From positions 62,001 to 126,000 of IMG/VR virus record IMGVR_UViG_3300033520_000026: a stretch of DNA of 64,000 nucleotides; one strand, written 5' to 3'. Origin of the DNA: an uncultured virus (IMG/VR IMGVR_UViG_3300033520_000026). Taxonomy: Duplodnaviria; Heunggongvirae; Uroviricota; Caudoviricetes. A model generated the notes under the pieces. The model was not told where the DNA came from and made no database searches. It was given only the letters and a program-made list of their open reading frames with translations. The position numbers were made by a program, and so were the translations under genes. This document shows, one piece after another, positions 1 to 10,499 of this stretch (position 1 is the first letter of the stretch; the number at the start of each line of letters is the position of its first letter).

Positions 1-1
1 G

Positions 2-700
2 GACAGCTCGCCCCTGTTGCTCACCAATCATCAGAGCTACATTGCGGGGAATCAGCCGGGATCTGTCGGGCTGGACGCCTACTGCCGCCTGTTTGAATCC
101 GTTGGCACGGATGCGAAGATGCGCCTGTACTACGGCGACCATTCGTTCTGGCTGACGTTCAATGCAGAGTGGGTGTCCGGGTCGCCCTCCAAATGGTACG
201 AAGACGACAATACGAAAGATGCGCTGGCGGTGGGTGTGTACCTCACGGGTAGCAATCCCGTGTTTGCGATTCGGAAGAAGTTCAATGCCAACTTCGGATC
301 GGGGTGGACGACGGCGGAGTGGGATTCGGTCTTTCGGCAGGGCGCGCAGCCCCCGTCATCGATCCCGGGCTATGCGACGCGGACGTTCGTGCCCATGGTC
401 GCAGTCGGAGAGTACGTGGACATCTGCCGGTGGATGGTGTGCATTCCCCCATATCCGGAACCGCATCCTCCATTGATGTCAGCGTTCGGGTACATATGTG
501 TGAACTATCATGCGTACTTGACGACGACGCCGAACTTCACCGTGATCGAAGACCCGCCCGAGGGGTCCACTGGGACATGGGTCGTCAATCCCATGGTCGT
601 ACTGGCCGATGAGATTGGGGCGTACATATCAGGGGCGGCTGCGTTTGATGCTTCGCTCTCAAGTACAGCCTATGGGAGATTGTACATCTACAACGATTGA
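2..700 (+). CDS. Putative virion/tail-associated protein, probably 5'-truncated by the window edge
   Basis: Frame open from base 2; lies directly upstream of baseplate genes. Confidence 0.5.
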   Translation, partial: DSSPLLLTNHQSYIAGNQPGSVGLDAYCRLFESVGTDAKMRLYYGDHSFWLTFNAEWVSGSPSKWYEDDNTKDALAVGVYLTGSNPVFAIRKKFNANFGSGWTTAEWDSVFRQGAQPPSSIPGYATRTFVPMVAVGEYVDICRWMVCIPPYPEPHPPLMSAFGYICVNYHAYLTTTPNFTVIEDPPEGSTGTWVVNPMVVLADEIGAYISGAAAFDASLSSTAYGRLYIYND

Positions 701-710
701 CGAGGGAAAC

Positions 711-1085
711 ATGGGATTGAAGCGCATTTCGGAGCAACACGTTATCGCCACCTGTGTGCTGTGCAGCACGGCGAACAGTTATGCTTTGGCGGATCTGCGG
801 GCGGGGCAGCGCATGGTGATCTTCCCTCGATGTCCGGCGTGCCAGAAGGGGACGTTGCAGGGGCACCTCTCGACGGGTCCGATCACACAGGTGGGTCGGG
901 CGGGGCAGATGCAGTCGTGGATCCGTGCCTTGCACCAGAAGCTGGTCGCCGCTGGACAGTTAGTCGACGGGGTGACGCTGGAATCCATCCCCAGCGGCAT
1001 GTATGACGGGGCCGTCACATGGCCTGTTGGTGACGAGGTTGTCGAGGCGATGACGGGATCACAGGCGTTGGAAGGCGACGAGTAG
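711..1085 (+). CDS. Hypothetical protein with two CxxC motifs (putative Zn-binding)
   Basis: ATG 711 after GAGGG; CVLC and CPAC. Confidence 0.6.
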   Translation: MGLKRISEQHVIATCVLCSTANSYALADLRAGQRMVIFPRCPACQKGTLQGHLSTGPITQVGRAGQMQSWIRALHQKLVAAGQLVDGVTLESIPSGMYDGAVTWPVGDEVVEAMTGSQALEGDE

Positions 1086-1101
1086 GCGAACCTGGGTTCG
1101 C
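1086..1101. repeat. Dispersed palindrome copy 1, GCGAACCTGGGTTCGC
   Basis: Directly after TAG stop at 1083-1085. Confidence 0.95.
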
Positions 1102-1117
1102 GTGCAAGGGACGTGAC

Positions 1118-3538
1118 ATGACGGACGAGTCCGGCAGCGGCTTCTTCGGCAGGGGGTACTGGGGGCGGCGCGTGCTGTGGGAGAACGTCCCGGTACAGCA
1201 TCGCAACCTCGACGTGAACGGATACCTCCAGCGACTCTTGCAGGCGTATGGGGACACATTGGAGTCGTTCATAGCGCAGATCGCGGCGCTCCCGTTTCAG
1301 CGAGATCCATTTGATGCCAGGGCGGAAGAAAACCAAGAAGAGTGGTTTTACGTCACGGCGGCAGAGCGCTACACGGACCCGGTACGAGGGGCGGTGACGC
1401 GTTTGATCGGAGAGCGAGATCCGTCGGAGAGTCCGGGCGCGGAGAATCCTTCCATGCCGGGACCGTTGGAGCGATATCCGTGGGATCCATACGAGCCGAT
1501 ACAGCGGATTGCCAGATGGTGGAAGTCCATCATTCCGACTGTGGACGAGGCGACTGGGACAGAGGATCCGACCGAGTACGCGGTGGCGATGGTGCGGGCT
1601 CGCAACTTCGACGCGGGAGATCTGTACGACGTGGATCGGTCCCTTGGGAACGAGGTATGGGTGGAGGGTGGAGACCTGACGTTGCCGATGTCCTTGCCCG
1701 CTGGCTGGCTCGTGTATGGCCCAACGATGCCGGGTGTGCCTGTGGGGTTAGGGGACGGAACTGGGACGCCATCTGTGGCCATCCCTGGGCTTCACACGCG
1801 GTTTGAGCAGGGGGACGGCACGGTGGCTGGCGCGTGTGTAGTGCTGGACGTGCCGACTCCGACTGTTTTGAGGCTGTACGACAAGCCTGATGCGCCTGCG
1901 ACGCTTGAGACCGGGGTGTTGTACCGCGAGGATCCGTTGGTTCCTGGATCGCTGGATCTTGTGAATCCGCTTGGTACGGTGGACTACTTCGGCGGCACTG
2001 TGGCCATTGATTTGTCGTCTCTTGTTTTGGCGTCGCACATACAGGGTGTCATTCGGGCGTTCTGGCAGGCGCGAGGGGTTTACTTGAGGTTTCTTCCTCC
2101 TCGCGTGTTGGACGTGCTTGCCAAGGACTACGGCTTTGAGAACGACAGGAACGATCCCGAGGACAGGCAGCGGGTGGCGATTGCGCATTTGCACCAATAT
2201 TACGGTGTGAAAGGCGCGCAAGAAGCGTATCGAATTCGTGGAGAAATCAGCCTGTTCAAGGTCGAGGTGCAATCCTTGTGGCACGTCTGCGATGCCGACT
2301 TGATCCTGGCGCTGCCAGAGGAGCACAGGTTTGAGTATGGCGGTCTGTTTTATTCGGATTTGACCCCGGTCATGCTGACCTTTGACGACATCGTGGCGGA
2401 CGAGGAATACTACGATCCTGACGCGGCGGATTGGGTGACACTGCTGGACCGCGCGTTGCTGTATCAGTCTGATTCCTTCATGAGTGGCATGTCTCCGGCG
2501 TTGGCCTATGCGGTGGACGTGACGCAGGGGTATGAAGGGCCTGTGTCGTCTACGAATCCGGCTTTACGTGGCGCGGCCACGGTGGATAGCAGTACGCCAT
2601 TGACGGCGGCCGAGGCGTTGGCGATGGGATTGCCAGGTGGCCATCGCGTGGTTGTTAGGATGTTGCGCTGCCAGGCGGACGCCTTCAACTTTCGCAAGAC
2701 GGCCTTTGGGCTTACGGAGTACGACGCGTCGGAGTCTGAGCCACCGCTGTTGTCGGACCCAGTTTTTTGGATCGACCGAGAGGAGATTCCGTGGACGTTT
2801 GACGTGGCGGGATCGACACCGGAAGAGGACATCGGCCTTTGGACGATCATCATCGGCGTTGGGCTGGACGGGTCTGGGGATCCGCTTCCTGGTCCCGTGG
2901 TAGGCGGTGACGTGGCGGTGCGCTACGCGCCTGGAATGTCGATTAGTTGTTGTTGGTGCCCGAGCTATCGAGTGCGCGTGAGAATCGAGCCGTGGGAAGC
3001 ACCAGACGGGACGTTCCCGGCCTACGCGCATTACGAGACGGACGCGGCGATGCAGGCGGCTGTAGATCGTCTCAAGGGAAAGATTCTCGACCAGCTTTTG
3101 CCGATCCATGTGCGCGTGGCCGAGTGGGTTGTCACCACTGAGTGGTCGGTGTTCATGGGTGGAATTCATGGCGGTGTGACGAGAACGTGGGACATCGTTG
3201 GCGAGTTTGCTGGGATGTCTGCTCGTGACGTGGTGCGTGTGACGTTGGAGCAGCGTGGGGATTTGTTGGCGGTTGGAAAGACGCAGGAGATCTGGGCGCA
3301 TATGTTACCGGCCGACGTGGCGTTGGTTCCTGCCGTGAATACTGGTTCTGTGCAGAGTGGGTACGCCGATCCAGACACTTGGTATCCGGTGGCAGGCTGG
3401 GAAGATGTGGATGTCACGGATTCGGTGGCTAGCTCGCCTGCGGATCATGATTTGCGGTTGAAGGCTAGCGCGGATGGGAGCGTAACCTACGGTGACGTTC
3501 GGTGGACATTCCGAGTGACACGTAGCACGCTGGGGTAG
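1118..3538 (+). CDS. Baseplate wedge protein with P2 gpI-like segment
   Basis: 806 aa; LDVLAKDYGF...RQRVAIAHLHQYYGVKGAQEAY resembles the gpI-type wedge motif. Confidence 0.6.
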   Translation: MTDESGSGFFGRGYWGRRVLWENVPVQHRNLDVNGYLQRLLQAYGDTLESFIAQIAALPFQRDPFDARAEENQEEWFYVTAAERYTDPVRGAVTRLIGERDPSESPGAENPSMPGPLERYPWDPYEPIQRIARWWKSIIPTVDEATGTEDPTEYAVAMVRARNFDAGDLYDVDRSLGNEVWVEGGDLTLPMSLPAGWLVYGPTMPGVPVGLGDGTGTPSVAIPGLHTRFEQGDGTVAGACVVLDVPTPTVLRLYDKPDAPATLETGVLYREDPLVPGSLDLVNPLGTVDYFGGTVAIDLSSLVLASHIQGVIRAFWQARGVYLRFLPPRVLDVLAKDYGFENDRNDPEDRQRVAIAHLHQYYGVKGAQEAYRIRGEISLFKVEVQSLWHVCDADLILALPEEHRFEYGGLFYSDLTPVMLTFDDIVADEEYYDPDAADWVTLLDRALLYQSDSFMSGMSPALAYAVDVTQGYEGPVSSTNPALRGAATVDSSTPLTAAEALAMGLPGGHRVVVRMLRCQADAFNFRKTAFGLTEYDASESEPPLLSDPVFWIDREEIPWTFDVAGSTPEEDIGLWTIIIGVGLDGSGDPLPGPVVGGDVAVRYAPGMSISCCWCPSYRVRVRIEPWEAPDGTFPAYAHYETDAAMQAAVDRLKGKILDQLLPIHVRVAEWVVTTEWSVFMGGIHGGVTRTWDIVGEFAGMSARDVVRVTLEQRGDLLAVGKTQEIWAHMLPADVALVPAVNTGSVQSGYADPDTWYPVAGWEDVDVTDSVASSPADHDLRLKASADGSVTYGDVRWTFRVTRSTLG

Positions 3539-3553
3539 AAACAGGAGGTCAGA

Positions 3554-4384
3554 ATGGCGTTCGGGTTCATCGGCAAGCTCACTGAGGCGATCATGAACGG
3601 GCCGGAGGGCGCGGACAGCGCGAGCATGTCGATCTTGGGGATCGATTCGACTGACCCAAAGGGCAGCACGGTGATTTTGCCGGAGCGGACGTTTCAGTTC
3701 TGGCCGGAGAGCATCCAGGACAGCATCGAGATCGGGTGGCAGTTCAAGGACATTCCGGGCGGCTCGCATGCGCTGGCGCAATGGGGAAGTAACAACGGTC
3801 GCACGATCAGTTTCGAGGTTAGGCTGCACCGCTTCATGAAGCCGGTGGACGACCGCACCATCTTTGAGAAGATTATGGACCCGATTGGGCTGACGACGCC
3901 GGGCCAGCAGTATCTGAAGGACATGCGTCCGCACAACGTGGATATCGAATCTGAAATCCGCTACCTGCGAGCGTTCTGCTACCCGAGCTACGCTGTGGAC
4001 AATGTGTCCGGTAGCACGGTTTCGTATTCACCTCCGGTGGCTATGCTGTGCGTGCCTGGAGTTGGTCTGAACGAGTTGGGAAGCCACACCATCATGGCCG
4101 TGATGACGGGATGTGATGTGACCTATAATCTGTTGTTTCCAAATGGGAAGCCGCGCAATGCTACGGTGGCGCTCACGTTCAAGCAGATCGTCCAGAAGGC
4201 TGATGTTGGCGTGATGTGGAGGGGGATTGGCAAGGACGCGGCCATCAATGGGTACAAGCACCGCATACCGGACATCGGCTACAATGTAAACGCCTACACG
4301 GCGGGCAATGCCAAGAGTGCCAAGGAGCCCTGGACGGGCGCTGGAGGAGTGCTCAACAAGATTGACACGAAGGGGACGACCTGA
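3554..4384 (+). CDS. Contractile-tail tube initiator / CIS tube-like baseplate protein
   Basis: FQFWPESIQDS...IPGGSH...QW...GRTISF...P..ATVALTF pattern of CIS-tube-like proteins. Confidence 0.6.
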   Translation: MAFGFIGKLTEAIMNGPEGADSASMSILGIDSTDPKGSTVILPERTFQFWPESIQDSIEIGWQFKDIPGGSHALAQWGSNNGRTISFEVRLHRFMKPVDDRTIFEKIMDPIGLTTPGQQYLKDMRPHNVDIESEIRYLRAFCYPSYAVDNVSGSTVSYSPPVAMLCVPGVGLNELGSHTIMAVMTGCDVTYNLLFPNGKPRNATVALTFKQIVQKADVGVMWRGIGKDAAINGYKHRIPDIGYNVNAYTAGNAKSAKEPWTGAGGVLNKIDTKGTT

Positions 4385-4629
4385 TGGGCATCAAGGCACA
4401 GCCGACGCATGCATCGCACGCGAACCCAGGTTCGTCTACGCCTCCAATATCGCCGGACGCACAGGCGCTCACGATGGATGACGCGCTGGTCATGGTGATC
4501 TTCCCGCAGGCGACGTGGGATGCTGTTTTGCAGTTGGCGAAGGAGTTGAACGTCGCGCCGGCCGAGGCGTTAGGTGCGGCGATCAAGCTGCTTCGGGCGC
4601 GTGTAGACGAGGAGACTGGTCACGGATGA
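4384..4629 (+). CDS. Small hypothetical protein (true start may be downstream of the palindrome)
   Basis: Overlaps upstream stop; helical C-terminal half. Confidence 0.45.
   Translation: MGIKAQPTHASHANPGSSTPPISPDAQALTMDDALVMVIFPQATWDAVLQLAKELNVAPAEALGAAIKLLRARVDEETGHG
4420..4435. repeat. Dispersed palindrome copy 2, GCGAACCCAGGTTCGT
   Basis: Sequence match. Confidence 0.95.
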
Positions 4630-4686
4630 TGGTGACGCACCGCTGGACCGGGACCAGGCGTCGCGGTCGGGCAGGAAGAGGGCCTC

Positions 4687-5109
4687 GTGGTTGCAGTTGC
4701 TCGCTTTGGGTTTGGCGCTAGCTCCGAGACCGTTCATGTGGCGTGTCTCTCGACCGACGCTGTGGGGGACGTGGTGGCGTTACGGGACACGGCGACGGTG
4801 ACGGGGCGCTGGCGTGTGCAGCGGGCGGATCCGACGGACGTGACCAAGATGCCTGGGATCGGGGTGCTCCTGCGCAAGGTGACGCCGACGACGGGGATCA
4901 TGCAGCGGGCGGGCAGCGTGCGCGGGGTGTACGCGGGGCTACTGTTTGCGACGAATTACTGGGTGGGGATAGACGGGCGACCAACGGTCATTCTGCCAGT
5001 TCCTGATACCGGTGAGGGCATAATCGTGCAGCGTTTTGGTATTCCGGTGGCGACAGACGTGCTATTTTTAACGGGCGAAGTGGGACCGCTGACGAAGCGG
5101 TTGGGCTAA
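4687..5109 (+). CDS. Putative virion decoration/cement-like protein
   Basis: Resembles the C-terminal domain of 5631..7019 (IGV...G...L...Y pattern). Confidence 0.45.
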   Translation: MVAVARFGFGASSETVHVACLSTDAVGDVVALRDTATVTGRWRVQRADPTDVTKMPGIGVLLRKVTPTTGIMQRAGSVRGVYAGLLFATNYWVGIDGRPTVILPVPDTGEGIIVQRFGIPVATDVLFLTGEVGPLTKRLG

Positions 5110-5122
5110 GAGCTGGAAAGTT

Positions 5123-5578
5123 GTGGGCACAATGGTTGACATCGAAAGGATCAGGAAGATGGCGAAAAAAGTGCGAAAAGTTGAAGAGGTGATAGCGATT
5201 GATGTGCCGCAGTTCTATCCGCCGCCGCTCGATGGTTTGACTGGCAAGATGGCGGAGGCGGCACAGCCGGACAACGGGACGATGGCGTTGACGGAGTTGG
5301 AGATGGTGCAGTTGATGCTGCACGAGCAGCGGGTGGAGATGAACCGCGTCCAGGGCGAAAAGTTCGCGTTGCAAGAGCAGCTCCTGAACTTGGAGTATAT
5401 TAAGAATCGAGACACGCTGCGCCTGCGCCAACGGGAGTGCATTGGGTCGATGGAGCGCGCGAAGGACGACTACAATAAGGTTCGAGCGACAGTACAGACG
5501 CGACTTGGCGTGAATTTGGATCAGTACACGGTGAACGAGGCGGGGCAGCTCCAGGCGGCCCCGCAGATAGACAACTAG
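5123..5578 (+). CDS. Coiled-coil hypothetical protein (possible fibre chaperone)
   Basis: Heptad-rich helix; located between fibre-like genes. Confidence 0.5.
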   Translation: MGTMVDIERIRKMAKKVRKVEEVIAIDVPQFYPPPLDGLTGKMAEAAQPDNGTMALTELEMVQLMLHEQRVEMNRVQGEKFALQEQLLNLEYIKNRDTLRLRQRECIGSMERAKDDYNKVRATVQTRLGVNLDQYTVNEAGQLQAAPQIDN

Positions 5579-5630
5579 GACGCCCAGCGCCGAACGGGAT
5601 CGGCGGGGCCAGTGAACACGGAGGAGACTA

Positions 5631-7019
5631 ATGACAGAGCGCAAGTTCATGTTCATGAACCCCGACTACGGCTACCACGAGGAGTCGGATCCCACCAGTG
5701 ACACGATCAGCCTCGCCGGGTTGACCATGGGTGGCAACATCGGGATGGGGTCGCACACCATCACAGGGTTGCTGGACCCCCTGAACGCGCAGGAGGCCGC
5801 GACCAAGGCGTATGTGGACAACGTCGCCAGCGGGCTCATGTGGAAGCCCCCGGTGCTGGTCCTCAACATGGTCGACGACTCCGACATGGGCGGGATCGCC
5901 GATCCGACCGGCATGGTCAAGGGGGACTGCTACGTCGTGAACGGATGGTTGACGGGCGGGTTCACGGACGGCGACATCGTCGAGTATAGCGGCACGGCGT
6001 GGGTCTTGATCCAGGCCGCGACGGTGGATGAGCCCGCCAACGGCACGCGCGTGGTGGTCAAGGCCACGGGCGCAGCGGGATCGTTCGCAACGCACGCCAA
6101 CAAGATCGGCACGTACAACGCCACGCTGAACACGTGGTCGTTTGAGGTTCCGCTGGATGGCTGGGCCGCGCTGGTGAACGGGGACGGCGGCGTGTGGAGC
6201 GATACGGCGTGGACCTACAACGGGTCGGCCTGGGTGCAGTTCAGCGGCACTGGCCAGATCAACGCGGGCGCGGGCCTCACCAAGACCGGCAACACGCTGG
6301 ACGTGGGCAAGGGCGACGGCATCGCGGTGGGATCGGACGACATCGCCATCGACCTCGCCGCGTCGAACCCCGGCTTGCAACTCACCGGCACCAGCCCGAA
6401 CAAGAAGCTGGCGGTGCTGGCGGACGGCGCGCACGGCGTGATCGTGGGCGCCACGGGCGTGGAGATCGAGATCGACGCCACCCCGGGCACCCTGAAGGTG
6501 GACGCGGACGGCCTCGGGGTCACGGGTCTGCCCTCGCTATTCACCATCAACGACGGCGCGGTGTCGGCCAACGTCACAGCGGGCAACCTCAACACCCTCA
6601 CGGCGGGCAGCAGCTCCAACGCGGACAGTTTGCATACGCACTCGGTGGCGGAGGCGCAGCGGGTCGAGGCGACGCATCTGAACAACGCGGCGGTCACGGC
6701 GGGGCGTGCGGTGCGCTGGAGTGGCGTGGACAGCGAGGTGATCCACGCGGACAACGCGGCTGCGGCCAACTGTCGCGCCATCGGCGTGGCGCGCACGGGC
6801 GGCGCGGCCAACCCCGGCACGTCAGAGGTAGTCAAGATCGGCGTCTGCACAGCCGTGCTGAGCGGCGCGACGGTGAACACCCCCTACTTCCTGGGCACCA
6901 ACGGCGCGCTGGTCCTGCTGGCGAGCGTACCGAATCCGGGCCAGATCGTGCGCATGGGCTACGCGGTCAATGCAACGGATATTGACGTAGCCATCCAAGA
7001 CTATGGAAAAAAATTGTGA
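5631..7019 (+). CDS. Virion fibre/structural protein
   Basis: 462 aa Gly/Ala/Thr-rich; AATKAYVD and WVQFSG...AGAGLTKTGNTLDV motifs typical of phage fibres; GGAGGAG SD; high GC3. Confidence 0.7.
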   Translation: MTERKFMFMNPDYGYHEESDPTSDTISLAGLTMGGNIGMGSHTITGLLDPLNAQEAATKAYVDNVASGLMWKPPVLVLNMVDDSDMGGIADPTGMVKGDCYVVNGWLTGGFTDGDIVEYSGTAWVLIQAATVDEPANGTRVVVKATGAAGSFATHANKIGTYNATLNTWSFEVPLDGWAALVNGDGGVWSDTAWTYNGSAWVQFSGTGQINAGAGLTKTGNTLDVGKGDGIAVGSDDIAIDLAASNPGLQLTGTSPNKKLAVLADGAHGVIVGATGVEIEIDATPGTLKVDADGLGVTGLPSLFTINDGAVSANVTAGNLNTLTAGSSSNADSLHTHSVAEAQRVEATHLNNAAVTAGRAVRWSGVDSEVIHADNAAAANCRAIGVARTGGAANPGTSEVVKIGVCTAVLSGATVNTPYFLGTNGALVLLASVPNPGQIVRMGYAVNATDIDVAIQDYGKKL

Positions 7020-7091
7020 TCCAAGCCACCGTAATCATTAGATAATAACACAAACTGCGCATTGACATTCTCATAGTGGATCTGGGGTGAC

Positions 7092-7107
7092 GCGAACCCA
7101 GGTTCGC
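7092..7107. repeat. Dispersed palindrome copy 3, GCGAACCCAGGTTCGC
   Basis: Intergenic. Confidence 0.95.
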
Positions 7108-7312
7108 CTGCGCCTCGGTGCATAACGCCGCGCATAGCGATCCATAAAAGCAAAAACCTATGCGTGGGTTATGGCGGGGATTGATCCGGTGGGGGCGAGC
7201 GGGTACAAGAGTGGCGGCGTCGTCGGTGGCCAATTGACCCTCCCCCCCCGTCATGGTCGCTGGCGGCGCTTTTCCTTCTTCAGTTGGCGGCGGGTAGTGC
7301 TATCCTGTCCCC

Positions 7313-7693
7313 ATGGTCGACCGCACGCAGGCAATAAAATGGGAGTCTCCGGCGCATGGCGGGACCGAGGAAGACCTCACCCCGGCGGAGATCGACGTCC
7401 ACGAGGACTTCCTGGACTGTCGGGGCGTCTCGATCCAGAACGACACCTCGGACGATGAGGTCGTGCTGGTTTCGCGGGATGTCGATGGCAACCTGACCTT
7501 TAAGGATGCCGTCGTCACGGATCCGATGACGCTGAAGACATTGGCCAGCGGCGGACTCGGTCTGGCGTACTGGCGCGAGTGGATCTATGCGGACGAGCTG
7601 GCCTGGGTGCATCCCACCTATCAGTTCATCATTGCGGAGCAGTTGACGTTAGAAGGCGAGTTTAGGATCGAGGGTCGGGCGTTCATTCTGTAG
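7313..7693 (+). CDS. Putative virion protein
   Basis: ORF in structural module. Confidence 0.55.
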   Translation: MVDRTQAIKWESPAHGGTEEDLTPAEIDVHEDFLDCRGVSIQNDTSDDEVVLVSRDVDGNLTFKDAVVTDPMTLKTLASGGLGLAYWREWIYADELAWVHPTYQFIIAEQLTLEGEFRIEGRAFIL

Positions 7694-7696
7694 GAG

Positions 7697-8530
7697 GTGA
7701 TCGTGGGCGAACTGAACATTTCCAAGTCGGACACGCATGCGACCCCAAGTGCGGGATTCCAGAAGCTCTACCCCAAGACGGACGGGTACTGGTACACAAA
7801 GAAGGACAATGGAGCCGAGGAGTCGCTGCTCACGGCGCACAGTCCGACCCATGCGTCAGGGGGATCAGATGAGCTATTGCATCAGTCATTGGATGGTGCG
7901 GGAACGAACACGCACGCCCAGATCGATTCGCATATTGGGTCGACGAGCAATCCGCACGTCGTGACCAAGACGCAGGTGAGTTTGGGGAACGTGACCGACG
8001 ACGCCCAGTTGAAGCGGGCGGCGGGGGACTTCGCGACGTTCACAGAGAAGACGCCCCTAGCGATGGCGGACATCCTCCTGGTCGAGGACAGCGCGGCAGC
8101 GGGAGCCAAGAAGAAGGCGACCTTGACGACGCTGGCGGCAGCGATGCTGCCGGTGTTCGGAAGCGAGTTTTCGCAGGCGGCTTCAGAGGGGGAATCCACG
8201 CACACGTTGAACACCTACCAGCAGAAGGTGCGATTGACGACGCCCTCGTTGAGTGCGGGCGTGTATCGGATCGGGTGGCACAACGAGACGCGGTGCAGTT
8301 CGGTGGCGGCGGACATCTACTACCGGGTGCAGCTCGATGACTCGACGGATCTGTGCGAGGTGAACAACGAGATCGGGGACATCACGAACTACCTGTCAGG
8401 GGCGGGGTTTGCCCATGTGACGCTGAGCGCAGGTGTGCATACCATCGACATGGACTACCGCAACGAGACGGCGACCAACACGGTATACATCCGGCGAGCG
8501 CGTCTCGAATTGTGGAAGGTCAGCAACTAG
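7697..8530 (+). CDS. Tail-fibre-like protein
   Basis: HIGSTSNPHVVTKTQVSLGNV fibre repeat motif; AGGAG SD. Confidence 0.6.
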   Translation: MIVGELNISKSDTHATPSAGFQKLYPKTDGYWYTKKDNGAEESLLTAHSPTHASGGSDELLHQSLDGAGTNTHAQIDSHIGSTSNPHVVTKTQVSLGNVTDDAQLKRAAGDFATFTEKTPLAMADILLVEDSAAAGAKKKATLTTLAAAMLPVFGSEFSQAASEGESTHTLNTYQQKVRLTTPSLSAGVYRIGWHNETRCSSVAADIYYRVQLDDSTDLCEVNNEIGDITNYLSGAGFAHVTLSAGVHTIDMDYRNETATNTVYIRRARLELWKVSN

Positions 8531-8531
8531 G

Positions 8532-9125
8532 ATGGGCGAGTACCGCTACAGCGTGGCCTCCAAGTGCGACGTCGGCGCGTTGGATGTAGCGATCCGGGCC
8601 TCGTCGGTGTTCACAGCGGGGACGCTGATCGGGGTAACGTTGAACTGTGACGTGGGGTTGAGTGGCGTCCTTATCGTGATGTTCACCACGACGCTTTCGG
8701 AGAGTCAGGAAGTGGTCTTGCGTCGGTTGGTGGCGCGGACGGGGTCGCAGTATGCGGCCTACCGGCAGTGGTGTGCGGTGTGCAACCAGTGGTTCGAGGA
8801 GGTCTCGGACGGACAGCCGGTGTACTGCACGCGCTGCGGATCGCCCTACCTGGTGGACTACCCCTATGGACAGTACGTGTGGTCCGAGGCCAGCGACCGT
8901 ATGAAGCGGTGGGCAGAGGTGGAGTTCTTCGTGTCCTACGGGCGGCGGCTGGCCGTCGTGCCTGCGGGGGGCGTGGAGTTGACGGACATCACCGTGGAGA
9001 ACTGTTCGCCGCCAGTCATACTGGAGGTGCGACGGGATGGCGTGCGTTGTGCCGTCCAGGTGGGCACCAACAATGCGATGTGGGAGGATACCGTGGTGCG
9101 GTTCTCCTGGAAGGTGGTCCCATGA
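8532..9125 (+). CDS. Hypothetical protein with Zn ribbon (CAVC...CTRC)
   Basis: Two CxxC motifs; tight gene packing. Confidence 0.55.
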   Translation: MGEYRYSVASKCDVGALDVAIRASSVFTAGTLIGVTLNCDVGLSGVLIVMFTTTLSESQEVVLRRLVARTGSQYAAYRQWCAVCNQWFEEVSDGQPVYCTRCGSPYLVDYPYGQYVWSEASDRMKRWAEVEFFVSYGRRLAVVPAGGVELTDITVENCSPPVILEVRRDGVRCAVQVGTNNAMWEDTVVRFSWKVVP

Positions 9126-9742
9126 GCATGATCCTGGCGAGTCAGTTGGGTCTGGTGGAGATGTTGCGCACGGATACGGTATCGGCGCACCCCTGGAATC
9201 GACCGGACGAGTGGCAGTTGAAGCCGAGTGGGGGATGGGTGAATCCGCCCACGGACTATGACTCGACGTGGGAGCTGAAGCCGGTGGCGGGCGAGGTGTT
9301 CGTGGTCACGGCCTGCCAGATCCAGATGTCGGCGGACGCGATGGTGGCGGCGGCGAATGCGATGCAGGTGCATGTCACTATTCAGACGCCGATTGCGCCA
9401 ATTCTTGTGACGCAATTCATCCACGCGGATGAGTTCTTGAACCGGGCGTCGGAGGTCAACTACTATCCGGTGAGCGGGATCACGGCGGGGTCGGAGGTCA
9501 CGCGCCCGTTCTATCGCACGGTCATCCCGTTCGCGGCCAAGATCTTTCTGTGGAGCACGGCGGGGATCGATCCGGGCACAGGGCAGCCTCGGGTGGACCG
9601 GCTGGGGAACGTGAAGCTGCGGAGTATGACGGCCAAGGTCGCCAACCACCGGCCCTACGCGGATCCGAATGCGGCGGTCTTGCAGACGGCGTGGAGTCGG
9701 TACTTTGTGGACGTGTACAGAGACCCAGACTACGCAGTCTGA
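9122..9742 (+). CDS. Hypothetical virion-region protein
   Basis: ATGA overlap with upstream gene. Confidence 0.6.
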   Translation: MSMILASQLGLVEMLRTDTVSAHPWNRPDEWQLKPSGGWVNPPTDYDSTWELKPVAGEVFVVTACQIQMSADAMVAAANAMQVHVTIQTPIAPILVTQFIHADEFLNRASEVNYYPVSGITAGSEVTRPFYRTVIPFAAKIFLWSTAGIDPGTGQPRVDRLGNVKLRSMTAKVANHRPYADPNAAVLQTAWSRYFVDVYRDPDYAV

Positions 9743-9764
9743 GGTGGATTGGTAAATTCTCTGA

Positions 9765-10295
9765 ATGGAAGACGTGCGAATCATTTTGACGGCTTCAAGG
9801 ACGCCATTTGGGTCGATCATCCGGTGGATTACCAAGAGCCAGGTCTCGCACTGCATGGTGGAGTTCCCGGTCTGGGGGCGGCGCATGGTAACTGAGGCGC
9901 AAGTTGGTGGCGTGCGGATCATCCCTTCGACAAAAGCTCGTCGTCGTGTTGTGGTCGAGTATCGCTGTCGCTTTCCCTCTCGTACCGGGCTGGCGGCGAT
10001 CTCGGACGAGGCTGGGGAGAAGTACGACTACGGCGGGTTGTTCGTGATCGGTTGGGCGATCATTGCTGCGAAATGGCTGCGGATTTCTGTGAAGCGGTGG
10101 CGTTGGAAATCGAGCGCCATCAAGTGCTCTGAGCTGGTCGTCATTTTCTTGCAGGCGTCCAGGGTGACGGGTGCGGAGCTGCTTCCCATGGAGATGACAA
10201 CCCCGGAGGACATCCGTAGTTTTTGCCAAGAGCAGAAGGCGTATTTCGAGGAGGTCATCAAGGGGAACGATGCCAAATCCGGGCTCATACCCTGA
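9765..10295 (+). CDS. Permuted papain-like (YiiX/YebB-type NlpC/P60) amidase/peptidase
   Basis: N-terminal SH, central GEKYDY, C-terminal CSEL and TPED. Confidence 0.75.
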   Translation: MEDVRIILTASRTPFGSIIRWITKSQVSHCMVEFPVWGRRMVTEAQVGGVRIIPSTKARRRVVVEYRCRFPSRTGLAAISDEAGEKYDYGGLFVIGWAIIAAKWLRISVKRWRWKSSAIKCSELVVIFLQASRVTGAELLPMEMTTPEDIRSFCQEQKAYFEEVIKGNDAKSGLIP

Positions 10296-10296
10296 C

Positions 10297-10312
10297 GCGA
10301 ACCTGGGTTCGC
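10297..10312. repeat. Dispersed palindrome copy 4, GCGAACCTGGGTTCGC
   Basis: Begins 2 nt after the TGA ending at 10295. Confidence 0.95.
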
Positions 10313-10499
10313 CTGGTATCGCTGAAGCCTCGAAAACGGAATAGTTATTGGATATTCGTCTGGCATTATTCAAAATCTCGGGGTCAAAAAAAACAGCCTG
10401 GATATATATGCGAAATCATAAGTCCGCGCAAAGCGTGTCATAAAGTGCATAACTTACGCGTGCGGTTTGCACGGGATCGCTGGTGTGATAGAAGGGGAT

